Position numbers and translations under genes: made by a program. Below the pieces are notes generated by a model. It worked only from the letters and a program-made list of their open reading frames with translations. It was not told the origin of the DNA and searched no databases. DNA of 64,000 bases from Mobula hypostoma (taxonomy: Eukaryota). The stretch is taken from assembly GCF_963921235.1 (NCBI RefSeq), contig NC_086097.1, forward strand, positions 101,248,001-101,312,000, read 5' to 3'. Positions 36,946 through 50,917 of this stretch are shown piece by piece; position 1 is the first letter of the stretch; every line of letters begins with the position of its first letter.

Positions 36946-38449
36946 ATACGGTATACAACCTTGAGATATGCCTCCTTGCAGGCAGCCACAAAACAGAGAA
37001 ACACTATGGAACCGTTTAAAGATAAACCCCGCTCAACAAGACCATCAAACGTGTAAGAAAAGAATAAATCACACAAACAAAAATCAAACAAATAACACAA
37101 AGAACATTAAACATCAAATCACAGATCATCAAGGTTAAGTATCATCCAGATGATGCCCTCTTCTGCCTGCTACCATACAGGAGACTTAAGTCCCACATAC
37201 CAGGTTCAACTAACAGCTACTTTCCTTCAAGCATTAGGATCTTGAACTGTCCAGCAGAACCCTAAACCTGCCTCAGTAATGGAAAACTACAGACCCCCCC
37301 CACTTTCACTACCATCGACTTGTCTCTGACTGTGTCCTGGTTTGCATTCTGGCCTTGCTTTTGTACAATCTTTCCTTCCCCTCTCTTCACAGTCTTGTAT
37401 AATTTATGTATACAGTAATTTATTCTGTGCGTTGTCTCAACCCAGCTCATCGTGATGCTACTGCAAGCAAGTTTTTCATTGTACCTGCGCCTCACGGTAC
37501 CTCTGCGGATGACAATAAATGAGATGACCTGGGGGTTGGGGGATTGCTGTGAAGATGATCTGCCTGATGATCTCCTAAATGAAGATGACCTGTGGGTTGG
37601 GGGATTGCCGTGAAGATGATCTGTCTGATGATCTCCTAAAGATCCCTGAAGGGCTGAGTTAACAATGGTACACAACAAGTTTGCAACAATGGCAGTTTCT
37701 CTCACAATGGTAAATCTCTGTCACACTGACTGAGAACCAACTCTCAGCCCTTGAGAACACAACTTCACCCTGAAGTTGCTCCATAGGTAGGTAAATTTGC
37801 AGAGCTAACCACCCCACGACTGATGTCCCCTTGGTCTGATCCATGTAGCTGTTCATCCCCTGGTCTTACTCTTAATTTCCTGAAGGGCAGGCGTATCGGT
37901 GGATATCAAAGCATATCTGTGGATATCAAAAGGTTTCGGTGGATATCAAAGGATATGAAAGGATAGTGAATATTAGAGGTTATCGATAGATATTAAAGGA
38001 CAACTGTAGGTATTAAGGATGTTGGCCAGTCTGGGGCCACTGGCCTCAGGGAAAGGGATGTTAGTCAAACGTGGTGCATGTGAACCATGCTGCTGGATGG
38101 GGTGAGAGAATCAAAGGTGGCTTCACCTCACTTTCCAGTGTCACAGAGCAGGGCCCTGTGACTCTGCTTCTAGGCTGGTCTGAGAACGGAACATCAGAGG
38201 CAAGGGTCGTGAGGAGGCAGGTTTGGCACCCAGGACTGCTGGTGACTGGCAGCTCGAATAGGCAAGGATAACCGGGTGGGGAAGAGCTCTACTGCAGGTT
38301 AGCATTCAGGGTGGGGAGGGGTAGGTCCGGCTGGTCACAGGGACAAATCGACAGCTGGGGCAGCATTGCAAAGCAGAACGTGCAATGAGGTGAGAGAGGG
38401 GCCTCAGAGGAGGGGAAAGAGGAATCATGGGAAGAGAATGTATATCAGT

Positions 38450-38860
38450 CAGTCTGCAGAGGGCACCTAAACTGATGGGGGGGCAGTGAAGACGGTTATC
38501 TGATGTTACAACAGGATTGAAATTAATTGGGAATGTGGGCCAAACAAAGGCAGATGGAAATTAACTCGGTGAGAACTGATGATTTTGGGAAGTTATGCTA
38601 GGACAAGATATACACAGGGAACAACAGGGCTCTGTGGGGAGTGCTGTAGAACAGAGAGACCTCAAGCATATAGTCCTCTGAAAGTGGTGGGCGCAGACAG
38701 GTACGCTTGTCTTCACTGGCTGAGGCATCGAGTATAGGAGTCAGTGGTACACGTAAGTAAAACCACACGTGGAGGACTGTTTCAGTTCTGGTCACCCAGG
38801 TTGGCATTACTGTGGAAAGGATACAGAAAAGATTCACAAGGATGGCAGCAAGACTGGAGG
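38450..38860 (+). mobile_element. Degenerate CR1 ORF2 fragment running directly into the 35-bp satellite
   Basis: cagatggaaattaac, cagttctggtcacc and atacagaaaagattcacaaggatg (IQKRFTRM) are CR1 C-terminal landmarks. Confidence 0.75.
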
Positions 38861-41800
38861 ACGGTGAATTACAGGGAGAGACTGGATAGGCTGGGACGGT
38901 GAATTACAAGGAGAGACTGGATAGGCTGGGACGGTGAATTACAGGGAGAGACTGGATAGGCTGGGACGGTGAATTACAAGGAGAGACTGGATAGGCTGGG
39001 ACTGTGAATTACAAGGAGAGACTGGATAGGCTGGGACGGTGAATTACAAGCAGAGACTGGATAGGCTGGGACGGTGAATTACAAGGAGAGACTGGATAGG
39101 CTGGGACGGTTAATTACAGGGAGAGACTGGATAGGCTGGGACGGTGAATTACAAGGAGAGACTGGATAGGGTGGGACGGTGAATTACAAGGAGAGACGGG
39201 ATAGGCCGGGACTGTGAATTACAAGGAGAGACTGGATAGGCCGGGACGGTGAATTAAAAGGAGAGACTGGATAGGCCGGGACGGTGAATTACAAGGAGAG
39301 ACTGGATAGGCCGGGACGGTGAATTACAAGGAGAGACTGGATAGGCTGGGACTGTGAATTACAGGGAGAGACTGGATAGGCTGGGACGGTGAATTACAGG
39401 GAGAGACTGGATAGGCTGGGACGGTGAATTACAGGGAGAGACTGGATAGGCTGAGACGGTGAATTACAGGGAGAGACTGGATAGGCTGGGACGGTGAATT
39501 ACAGGGAGAGACTGGATAGGCTGGGACGGTGAGTTACAAGGAGAGACTGGATAGGCTGGGACGGTGAATTACAGGGAGAGACTGGATAGGCTGGGACGGT
39601 GAGTTACAAGGAGAGGCTGGATAGGCTGGGAATGTGAATTACAGGGAGAGACTGGATAGGCTGGGACGGTGAATTACAAGGAGAGACTGGATAGGCTGGG
39701 ACGGTGAATTACAGGGAGAGACTGGATAGGCTGGGACGGTGAGTTACAAGGAGAGGCTGGATAGGCTGGGAATGTGAATTACAGGGAGAGACTGGATAGG
39801 CTGGGACGGTGAATTACAAGGAGAGAGTGGATAGGCTGGGACTATGAATTACAGGGAGAGACTGGATAGGCTGGGACGGTGAATTACAAGGAGAGAGTGG
39901 ATAGGCTGGGACGGTGAATTACAAGGAGAGACTGGATAGGCTGGGACGGTGAATTACAAGGAGAGACTGGATAGGCCGGGACGGTGAATTAAAAGGAGAG
40001 ACTGGATAGGCTGGGACGGTGAATTACAAGGAGAGACTGGATAGGCTGGGACAGTGAATTACAAGGAGAGACCGGATAGGCTGGGACGGTGAATTACAGG
40101 GAGAGACTGGATAGGCTGGGACGGTGATTTACAAGGAGAGACTGGATAGGCTGGGACGGTGAATTACAAGGAGAGATAGGATAGGCTGGGACGGTGAACT
40201 ACAAGGAGAGGCTGGATAGGCTGGGACGGTGAATTACAAGGAGAGGCTGGATAGGCTGGGACGGTGAATTACAGGGAGAGACTGGATAGGCTGGGACGGT
40301 GAATTACAAGCAGAGACTGGATAGGCTGGGACGGTGAATTACAGGGAGAGACTGGATAGGCTGGGACGGTGAATTACAAGGAGAGACTGGATGGGCTGGG
40401 ACGGTGAATTACAAGGAGAGACTGGATAGGCTGGGACGGTGAATTACAAGGAGAGACTGGATAGGCTGGGACGGTGAATTACAAGGAGAGAGTGGATAGG
40501 CTGGGACGGTGAATTACAAGGAGAGACTGGATAGGCTGGGACGGTGAATTGCAAGGAGAGACTGGATAGGCTGGGACGGTGAATTACAGGGAGAGACTGG
40601 ATAGGCTGGGACGGTGAATTACAAGGAGAGACTGGATAGGCTGGGACGGTGAATTACAATGAGAGACTGGATAGGCTGGGACTGTGAATTACAAGGAGAG
40701 ACTGGATAGGCTGGGACGGTGAATTACAAGGAGAGACTGGATAGGCTGGGACAGTGAATTACAAGGAGAGACTGGATAGGCTGGGACGGTGAATTACAAG
40801 GAGAGGCTGGATAGGCTGGGACGGTGAATTACAAGGAGAGACTGGATAGGCTGGGACGGTGAATTACAAGGAGAGACTGGATAGGCTGGGACGGTGAATT
40901 ACAAGGAGAGACAGGATAGGCTGGGAATGTGAATTACAAGGAGAGGCTGGATAGGCTGGGACGGTGAATTACAAGGAGAGACTGGATAGGCTGGGACGGT
41001 GAATTACAGGGAGAGACTGGATAGGCTGGGACGGTGAATTACATGGAGAGACTGGATAGGCTGGGACGGTGAATTACAAGGAGAGACTGGATAGGCTGGG
41101 ACGGTGAATTACAAGGAGAGACTGGATAGGCTGGGACGGTGAATTACAAGGAGAGACTGGATAGGCTGGGACGGTGAATTACAAGCAGAGACTGGATAGG
41201 CTGGGACGGTGAATTACAAGGGACGGTGAATTACAAGGAGAGGCTGGATAGGCTGGGACGGTGAATTACAAGGAGAGACTGGATAGGCTGGGACGGTGAA
41301 TTACAAGGAGAGACTGGATAGGCTGGGATGGTGAATTACAAGGAGAGACTGGATAGGCTGGGACGGTGAATTACAAGGAGAGACTGGATAGGCTGGGACG
41401 GTGAATTACAAGGGACGGTGAATTACAAGGAGAGGCTGGATAGGCCGGGACGGTGAATTACAAGGAGAGGCTGGATAAGCTGGGACTGTGAATTACAAGG
41501 AGAGACAGGATAGGCTGGGACGGTGAATTACAAGCAGAGACTGGATAGGCTGGGACGGTGAATTACAAGGAGAGACTGGATAGGCTGGGACGGTGAATTA
41601 CAGGGAGAGACTGGATAGGCTGGGACGGTGAATTACAGGGAGAGACTGGATAGGCTGGGACGGTGAATTACAGGGAGAGACTGGATAGGCTGGGACGGTG
41701 AATTACAGGGAGAGACTGGATAGGCTGGGACGGTGAATTACAGGGAGAGACTGGATAGGCTGGGACGGTGAATTACAGGGAGAGACTGGATAGGCTGGGA

Positions 41801-42127
41801 CTGTGAATTGCAAGGAGAGACTGGATAGGCTGGGACGGTGAATTACAGGGAGAGACTGGATAGGCTGGGACGGTGAATTACAAGGAGAGACTGGATAGGC
41901 TGGGACTGTGAATTACAGGGAGAGACTGGATAGGCTGGGACGGTGAATTACAAGGAGAGACTGGATAGGCTGGGACGGTGAATTACAAGGAGAGACTGGA
42001 TAGGCTGGGACTGTGAATTACAGGGAGAGACTGGATAGGCTGGGACTGTGAATTACAGGGAGAGACTGGATAGGCTGGGACGGTGAATTACAAGGAGAGA
42101 CTGGATAGGCTGGGACGGTGAATTACA
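38860..42127. repeat. 35-bp minisatellite (GACGGTGAATTACAAGGAGAGACTGGATAGGCTGG), about 93 copies, CR1-derived
   Basis: Period 38881 to 38916. The unit encodes NYKERLDRLG, the CR1 ORF2 'SY.ERL.RLGL' motif. Confidence 0.96.
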
Positions 42128-42424
42128 CTTGGGTGGGGTTGGAGTCAACGGGGAGACGGGAAACCAGGTGGGATATTGGGGTGAAACAGCCAGGACCCAG
42201 GGTTAGAGAGCGACATTCACGGGGCAGCTAGCTCCATACTCTACAATAGACCCAGTTCCCAGGGCAGGGCACCGCACGACCCCGGATTAAACTCAGCAAT
42301 AGAAACAGATCCCTGGGAAGAAGCTGATCCTGGCTTGCAGTGACTGACTGTGATCCATTGCATCTTTTCAGATCAGGTAACCCCGTGGATCACAACTTCT
42401 GCTGATCCTAACTCATAGAGCCAT

Positions 42425-43304
<880 letters not shown>

Positions 43305-43379
43305 TCACTGTGATGGATTGGTCCCGTACCATACAAATCCCAAGTCTTCTCAGTCTCATGTCATCCTGGTCCACCTCAT

Positions 43380-43645
43380 ACCACCCCAGTCAATCCCAGT
43401 CCACCCCACACCGTCCCAGTCCACCCCACACCGTCCCAGTCCACCCCACACCATCCCAGTCCATCCCACACCGTCCCAGCCACCCCACACTGTCCCAGTC
43501 CACCCCACACAATCCCAGTCCACCCCACACAATCCCAGTCCGCCCCACACAGTCCCAGTCCGCCCCACACAATTCCAGTCCATCCCAGTCAATCCCACAC
43601 AATTCCAGTCCATCCCAGTCAATCCCACACTGTTCCAGTTCACCA
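43380..43645. repeat. 20-bp minisatellite (CCACCCCACACCGTCCCAGT)n
   Basis: Directly visible, about 100 nt from the acceptor at 43279. Confidence 0.9.
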
Positions 43646-43997
43646 CATACCAGATCCTGCTCGCTGTCAGATACTGCACCAGTTCCCACCTACCCTCTGC
43701 CTGTCTCTCTGACAAATTTATGAAATGAAAAGCTCAGTTAAAATTAATGTTGACTGTTTAAATGCTGACACCACAAAGTTGTACAAGGAAGATAAGTATA
43801 TACTGTAGCAGAAAAATTTGCAATATTTTGTGCCCATCTTCATGGCAGACAGAAAACCTTGTAGAATTAACAGAGGACCAGAGGTGAACAAGGGCTCAGG
43901 TGTGATACAACAGCAGGCTGGAGAGATTAGTGGGATGGGAAAGTGATAAATCCCCAGGGCCCAGTGACCTGCATCCTCAGATATTGACAGCAAAGCT

Positions 43998-45070
43998 TGA
44001 CAGCTTCCAAAATTGACAAGCTCTCCTCTACAATCACTCTGAGCACCGGTGCCCCACAAGGCTGTGTACTCAGCCCCCTGCTGTACTCACTGTACACCCA
44101 TGATTGTGTAGTCAAGTTTCCATCAAACTCAATATATAAGTTTGCTGATGACACAACAATTGTAGGCCGTATCTCGGGTAATGATGAGTTTGAGTACAGA
44201 GAGGAAATTAAGAACCTGGTGCCTGGTGTGAAGACAATAACCTATCCCTCAACGTCAGCAAGACGAAGGAATTGGTTGTTGACTTCAGAAGGAGTAGTGG
44301 ACCGCATGACCCAATTTACATCGGTGGTGCGCAAGTGGAACAGGTCAAAAGCTTTAAGTTCCTCGGAGTCAATATCACAAATGACCTGACTTGGTCCAAC
44401 CAAGCAGAGTCCACTGCCAAGAAGGCCCACCAGCGCCTTTACTTCCTGAGAAAACTAAAGAAATTTGGCCTGTCCCCTAAAACCCTCACTAATTTTTATA
44501 GATGCACCGTAGAAAGCATTCTTCTAGGGTGCATCACAACCTGGTATGGAAGTTGTCCTGTCCAACACCGGAAGAAGCTGCAGAAGATCGTGAACATGGC
44601 GCAGCACATCACACAAACCAATCTTCCGTCCGTGGACTCACTCTACACCGCACGCTGTTGGAGCAGTACTGCCAGGATAATCAAGGACACAACCCACCCA
44701 GCCAACACACTTTTCGTCCCTCTTCCCTCCAGGAGAAGGCTCAGGAGCTTGAAGACTCGTACGGCCAGATTTGGGAACAGCTTCTTTGGGAACTGCTGAA
44801 CAGATCCTGACCCAGATCTGGGCCGTACCCTCCAAATATCCGGACCTGCCTCTCGGTTTTTTTGCACTACCTTGCTTCCTATTTTTCTATTTTCTATTTA
44901 TGATTTATAATTTAAATTTTTAATATTTACTAACTTTAACTATTTTTAATATCTTTAATATTTAATATTTGTAATCCAGGGAGTGTAAAGCGCAGAATCA
45001 AATATCATTGTGATGATTGTACGTTCTAGTACCAATTGTTTGGCGACAATAAAGTATAAAGTATAAAAGT
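43998..45070 (+). mobile_element. 5'-truncated Rex1/Babar-type LINE inserted in a CR1 remnant
   Basis: [25 protein letters not shown] (ORF 43997..44389) with frameshifted continuation 44272..44799. AATAAA plus (GTATAAA)n tail. Confidence 0.88.
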
Positions 45071-46320
45071 AAATTCCCTAAATTCTGGAAAGGTACCCAC
45101 AAAGTGGAAGGCGGCAAATGTAAGCCCACTATTTAAGAAAGGAAGGGTGGGGAATAGGGAACAAAGAAGCATCCATTGTAGTTGAAATGCCGGAGTCAAA
45201 GAGCAATGCGCAGGGTTAGGGATATAGCTGTCAGTTTTTTGGGGGTAGATTATGGCATGTTGTGTGCCTCTTTGGACTTTTGTAAAACCATTAATAATCA
45301 ACAACACAGAAGGGTATTCAGAAAATACAACAGCAAACAATACTGGGGATAACCTAGTAATGTGGACTGCAGGTTGGTTAATGAACAGAAAACAGACAGT
45401 AGGAAAAAGTGAGTCATTTTCAGGCTGGGAGTCTGTGAATAGTCAGGCCCCAGAGGAGGTGATGCTGGTGCTCCAGGTGTTCACAATACATATCCATCAT
45501 TTGGATGATGTCGGAGTTTTCCGATAAGACAAAGCTGGGTAGCAATGTGGACCAAGACAGGATAAGCGTAACTTTCTGGGGGATGTGGACAGACTAAGCA
45601 AATGGTGAAGAATATGCCAGATGAAATATAGTGTGGCAAAGTATAAAATCATCAGTTCTGACAAAGGGTTTGGGCAGCACAGTGTCCACTGTCTCATAGC
45701 TCCTGCTATCCGAGTCCTTTGGTGTGGAGGTGTAGATTGCTGGGATGGTGGTGTGTTGTAAAAACAAACAGCAAACTAGCCAGTACTTTGTGGAGGTGAT
45801 CGCAATAAACACACACTTGGAGTATTGTGTCCAGCTCTAGGAAGGATGTCATTAGGTTGCAGAAAGAATTCAGTAGGATGTCAGCAGGACTGGAGGGTTT
45901 GAGTTATCGAGGTAGGCACGACAGATTAGGGCTTTGTCCCATGGAGAACAGGGAGACTGACGGGTAACCTTATAGAAGTTTATAAAATCATGAGGGGCAT
46001 AGGTAAGGTGGATGACCCAAGGATTGGACAGTCTAAAGCACAGGTTGAAGTTGCGAGGGGAAAGATTTAAAAAGGACCCGAGGGGCAGCTTTTGCCAAAT
46101 ACCCAGTGGTGGGTCCGTGGAATGAGCTGCCAGAAGTGGAGGCAGATATAATTACATTTGGACTGGTACATGTATAGGAAAGGATTAGAGCTTTTTAATG
46201 CTATACACCAGTGCCATTAAGCAAGGGGTCAGTGGACCCCTGGTTCAGAGGGATACGGGCCAAACCCAAGCCAATGAGGGCAGCTCAGTTTGGCACTGGT
46301 TTCAATGCTGTGGAAAATTC
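45070..46320 (+). mobile_element. Degenerate CR1 ORF2 and 3' UTR (5' part at about 43880-43995)
   Basis: tggaaggcggcaaatgtaagcccactatttaagaaagg (W..ANV.PLFKKG), cacttggagtattgtgtccag, gaagtttataaaatcatgaggggcatag. Confidence 0.7.
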
Positions 46321-47771
46321 TCACCTGGTTTGATAGGGTAGATTCAGTGATGGTGTTTCTCCTGGATGGAGCGTCTAGAAGCAGGAGCCACATCTATAAA
46401 TAAAGCTCAGCCACTGGTGACAGGAGAAGGCAAATGTCTTTGCTCAGAGGACAGTGCTGCCTCGACTTGTCCTTGCCCCTGCACACTCTGCCACCGAGTC
46501 CAAATCATGTGCTCCAGTCCCACTACATTAAGTTGAGCACCAGATATGGGCCAATGCTGTTTGTGTTACTGAAGGAGTACTATACTGTCATTGGTCGTAC
46601 TTCTTGAATCTGAGGTCACACCTTCCAACTCCCTCTGATTACTTTTACATTCTACCATTGAACACTGACAGTGCAAGTCGGCTCCTGTCCGTCCTACGTT
46701 ACTGGTGTATCCAAGTTTCCTGTTTTGGAGATTGTCCTCCGACTCCATCTGCATGTTCAGAGTAGAGACTGGATCTCTAATAATGACGTGTCAGAGTACA
46801 GGAGGTGTGCAAGACTAGTGACATGATATCACGGTGACAGCCTTTCCCTCAATGTCAACAAAAGAAACGAGCTGGCCATTGGTTTCAGGAATTGGGGGGT
46901 GCATACACTCCATTTACTGTACACCAATAATGCTGAGGTAACAGCTTCAAGATCCAAGCAATGAACACCACCTACAGTTTGTCTAGGTTCAAACCACATA
47001 GAAGCCCCCAGTCAAGAAAGCTCACCAGTGCCTCTACATCCACAGAAGGGTGAGGAAATTTAGCATGTCCCCACTGACCCTCACCCACATAGCTTGGTAT
47101 GGCAACCGCAGAGAGTTGTAGACAGAGCTCAGCACGTCATGGGGACCGGCCGCCTCCTCTCCTCTCCATGGGCTCCGTCTACACTTCTCTGTGCATCAGT
47201 AAAACAGCCAACATAGTCAAAGACCCACCCACCCCAGAAATTCTCTATTCTCCCCTCCTATCAAACAGAAGATATGTACTAAACATGAAATCACATATCA
47301 CCAGACTCAAGGACTGCTATTAAGTAGACTCCAGTATGATAAAATGGCTCTTGACCTCATAATCTACCTCATTAAGGCCATACGCCATATTGTCTGCCTG
47401 CAGTGCACTTTCTGTAACTGTAACACATTGTGAAATTACATGTATGGTTGGAGTGTTTCTCAGCACATGTGATGATAATACACCAGTAACCAATCCTGTC
47501 TCAGATGAAAAGGTGGTGAGAGAACCTTGTTCTTGCAGATTGTTCATTCCTGTTTATTGCTGTCAAGTGACAATCTGAGACACCAGCCCATTCACCTGGG
47601 TCAGCTGGGTCCATCCACATATTAAAACTGCCTCCAGCTATGACAAAGCTTTTTAAATAGCTGGATTGAAAATCTGGTTGTGGATTCACTTGTTTATGCT
47701 AATTCTGCTGACTCGTTTTACAGGACTGTCTGATCGACCTTCCAACTCGCCAGAGGTCCCTGTGTACTTAC

Positions 47772-47848
47772 ACCTTTCCAGATTCCTGCAGCATCTGCAG
47801 CCAGTGCTGTTGGTCAAACTCCGTCTCAGCAGCAAGTAAAATATTCCC
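47772..47848 (-). CDS. PLEKHD1: PLEKHD1(-like) internal exon, end of PH domain: [25 protein letters not shown](V)
   Basis: Manual translation. Acceptor ccttttag, donor gtaagt, 77 nt. Matches recalled PLEKHD1 sequence [26 protein letters not shown]. Phase-compatible with the next exon. Confidence 0.93.
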
Positions 47849-47899
47849 CTAAAAGGAAGGACAGAGACTTGGCATTAATGCATCCTTTGCTTATTTCTT

Positions 47900-48475
47900 T
47901 AGCGATAGTGCAGAGTAGGAGCCCTTTCTGGCCCTTCGATCGACAGCACCTCAGCAACCCTAATCAACCCTAACCTCATCACCACTGTCATGATGTGCCA
48001 TGTCGTATGACATCATCGTGATGTGCCACGCCCTATGACATCATCATTATGTGCCGTGCCCTATGATGTGGGCAATTATGCTCTTTCCATGGCCATCATT
48101 GTTCTTGGTAAGTATTCCTATAGAAGTAGTTTGCCATTGCCACCTTCTGAGCAGGGTCTTTACAAGACGGGTGACCCTAGCCATTATCAATACTCTTTGG
48201 AGGTTGTCGGCCTGGCATCAGTGGTCGCATAATCAAGATGTGATATGCTCATATGACCATCCACCACCTGCTCCCATAGCTAACCTAATCACAGGATAAT
48301 TTACAATGTCTAATTAGCCTCCCCTGTACTAGGCGAGGAGACTGAAGCAGCCGGGGAGAACCCACACATTCCGCGGGAAGGCCGTGCAGACACTCCTTAC
48401 AGATGGTGCTGCAATCGAACTGTGAACAACAATACCCCGAGTGTCAGAATAACCCACCACGCTACCATGGCACAC
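47900..48475 (-). mobile_element. V-SINE/HE1-like SINE remnant interrupted by an insertion of about 300 bp (47983..48279)
   Basis: V-domain-like cccacacattccgcgggaag..cactccttacaga. Duplicated ctaacct(c/a)atcac at 47970 and 48280. Confidence 0.5.
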
Positions 48476-48906
48476 CACACTGAAAGCACACCTGAGAATC
48501 AAAGAGCTGGTCAAATATACAAAATGGCCAAGGAAGTGGTTTGTTTATCCAGTCAAGAAATTAGGAAGGACCAGGACAACAAATGTAGGCTGTCTAAGGT
48601 TAGAGAGAGCTCCCCTCCCGAGAACTATATACCCTCCATGTCGTTCACCCAGTTGCACAGTGAACAGGTGCAAGGATCACTGTGGCCAGAAGAGCTCCTG
48701 CTGTGACTAGAGACATCTCCTGGACTAGATCTGGCTGACACAAAGTTTCTGACATCACGGCCTTGTACGGCAGTTCCAATACACGGGAACACGAGAAGCT
48801 GCAGAGGTTCGTGGGCACAGCCCAGTCCATTACAGACACATCTTTCCCCACCATTAACAGCATCTGCAGGAGATGTTGCCCCAAGAAGGACCCCCAGCGT
48901 ATGTGT

Positions 48907-49767
48907 TGTGACAGGAATACACATAGATTAAGATGTTAGCTGTCCTGTGGAATCAGCAGTTGGTCTGCCACCTGTCTTCAGGAGAGAGAGAGATAAGGAA
49001 AACAATGGAGCAGCATTTGGAGATGTGTAATGAAGGGACGGGAGAGAGAGCTGTCTAAAGCGGCCCCCCCTTTGAACCCTGAACTGTTTGAAGTGATGGA
49101 CAGGCGATACCCCAGCAGGGGCATAAAAAGGGACAGATTCGCTAAGGCAGGACACACACGACACCCGAGGTAACAAGTCCCTGGAAGCGGTGCGTCTCTC
49201 ACAAGTCGGTGGGAAGCTTTTGGACGGCTGATCGCGGGATCAAGCCTTAGACGCTCAGGGTGGAAAGGCACGATCGGCGGGAACCTGGTGTGTGTCCACC
49301 CTTGCCTGGGTGCCGGGTTCACCGCAGAGAAACGATCGTATCTGGAAACGTAGGGGTCACGGTCAGTGACCTCAGATGACATCACAAAGGACTCGCCCAA
49401 AAGCTGACTGCAAAGGTCTGTGTGTGGAAGCTGTTTTGAATATTCATTCGTTTTGTTCTCTCTCTCCTCCCCCCCCCCACACTGTCCATCTCCCACGGCA
49501 ACGATTACTGCAAACTGAACTGAATTTTGCGTCACTTTGAAACTGGTCATTTGCCCCTAGACAACGATAGAGCTTGATTGATCCTGTTATCTTAATTCTG
49601 TGTACATGTATGTTTATCATTGCTGAACTGTTGCATTTATTCTCCTTTCGATAAGAGTACTGTGCTGCTTGTTTCTTTAATAAAACTTTCTTAGTTCTAG
49701 TAATCCAGACTCCAACTGAGTGATCCATTTCTGCTGGTTTGGCAACCCAGTTACGGGGTATGTAACA
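48907..49767 (+). mobile_element. Solo LTR, same family as the adjacent provirus, 4-bp TSD GTGT
   Basis: TGT..ACA ends, colinear with 54026..54895. gtgt at 48903-48906 and 49768-49771. Splits a LINE remnant. Confidence 0.93.
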
Positions 49768-50917
49768 GTGTCAAGCCCTCTTCTCGCCGCTGCCATCGGG
49801 CAGGAGGTAAGAAGCCTTAAAGTCCCACACCACCAGCTTCAGGAACTATTACTTTCCTATAACCACCGACCTGCACAACTCTAACCCTACCTCAGTAACA
49901 GAATACCCCAGTTTATTTCTTGCATGAGCAAGGACTGTGTTTCTTTTAGCACTGGTCTTGCCTTTGCACCGCCTTTTTTTTCACTTTATGCATTAATTTA
50001 TATTCTGTGTGCTGTCTGTACCTATGTGCTTGATGCTGCTGCAGGTATTGTACCTGTACCTCACCGTACTTGTGCACAAGACAATAAACTCGAATTAACA
50101 GCAAAGCCATGTTATGCTTACAAATGTTTTATTGAGCTCAGGGGCATCAGCTGTTAGTATGGTGATTCACGCAAGAGTCACAGAAACAGAAACAAGGAAT
50201 ACCAACCATTAGATACTGTGACGAGAATACACATAGATTAAGATGTTAGCTGTCCTGTGCTGGCACCAGTGGGATCAGCAGTTGGTCTGCCACCTGTCTT
50301 CAGGAGAGAGAGAGAGATAAGGAAAACAATGGAGCAGTATTTGGAGATGTTAATGAAGGGACGGGAGAGAGAGCTGTCAAGATCGGCTCCCCCTTTGAAC
50401 CCTGAACTGTTTGAAGTGATGGACAGGCGATACCCCAGCAGGGGGATAAAAAGGGACAGGTTCGCTAAGGCAGGACACACACGACACCACGAGGTAACGA
50501 GACCCTGGAAGCGGTGCGCCTCCCATAAGTCGGTGGGAAGTTTTGGAGGGCTGGTCGCGGGACCAAGCCATAGACGCACAGGGTGGAAAGGCACGATCAG
50601 CAGGAACCTGGTGTGTGTCCGCCCTTGATTGATCCTGTTATCCTAATTCTGTGTACATGTGTGTTTATCATTGCTGAACTGTTGCATTTATTATCCTTTT
50701 GATTAGAGTACTGTGTTGCTTGTTTCTTTAATAAAACTTTCTTAGTTCTAGTAATCCAGACTCCAACTGAGTGATCCATTTCTGCTGGTTTGGCAACCCA
50801 GTTACGGGGTACGTAACATAAGTGGGGTTCTCGTCCGCGATTTTGAATGCTAAATTTGGGACGGAGTAAATTGATTGGGTTAAAATTCCCGAAAGAAAGG
50901 AAAGACAAACAGCAGAA

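Noticed and set aside
37522..37640. 61-bp duplication containing CTGATGA (possible snoRNA box or hammerhead)
   Set aside because: No GAAA core or stems, and no convincing C/D pair on the host-sense strand.
42360..42385. Plus-strand ttttcag-atcag-gtaac micro-exon-like signal
   Set aside because: Only 5 nt, on the opposite strand to the host gene, with no partner exons; likely chance.
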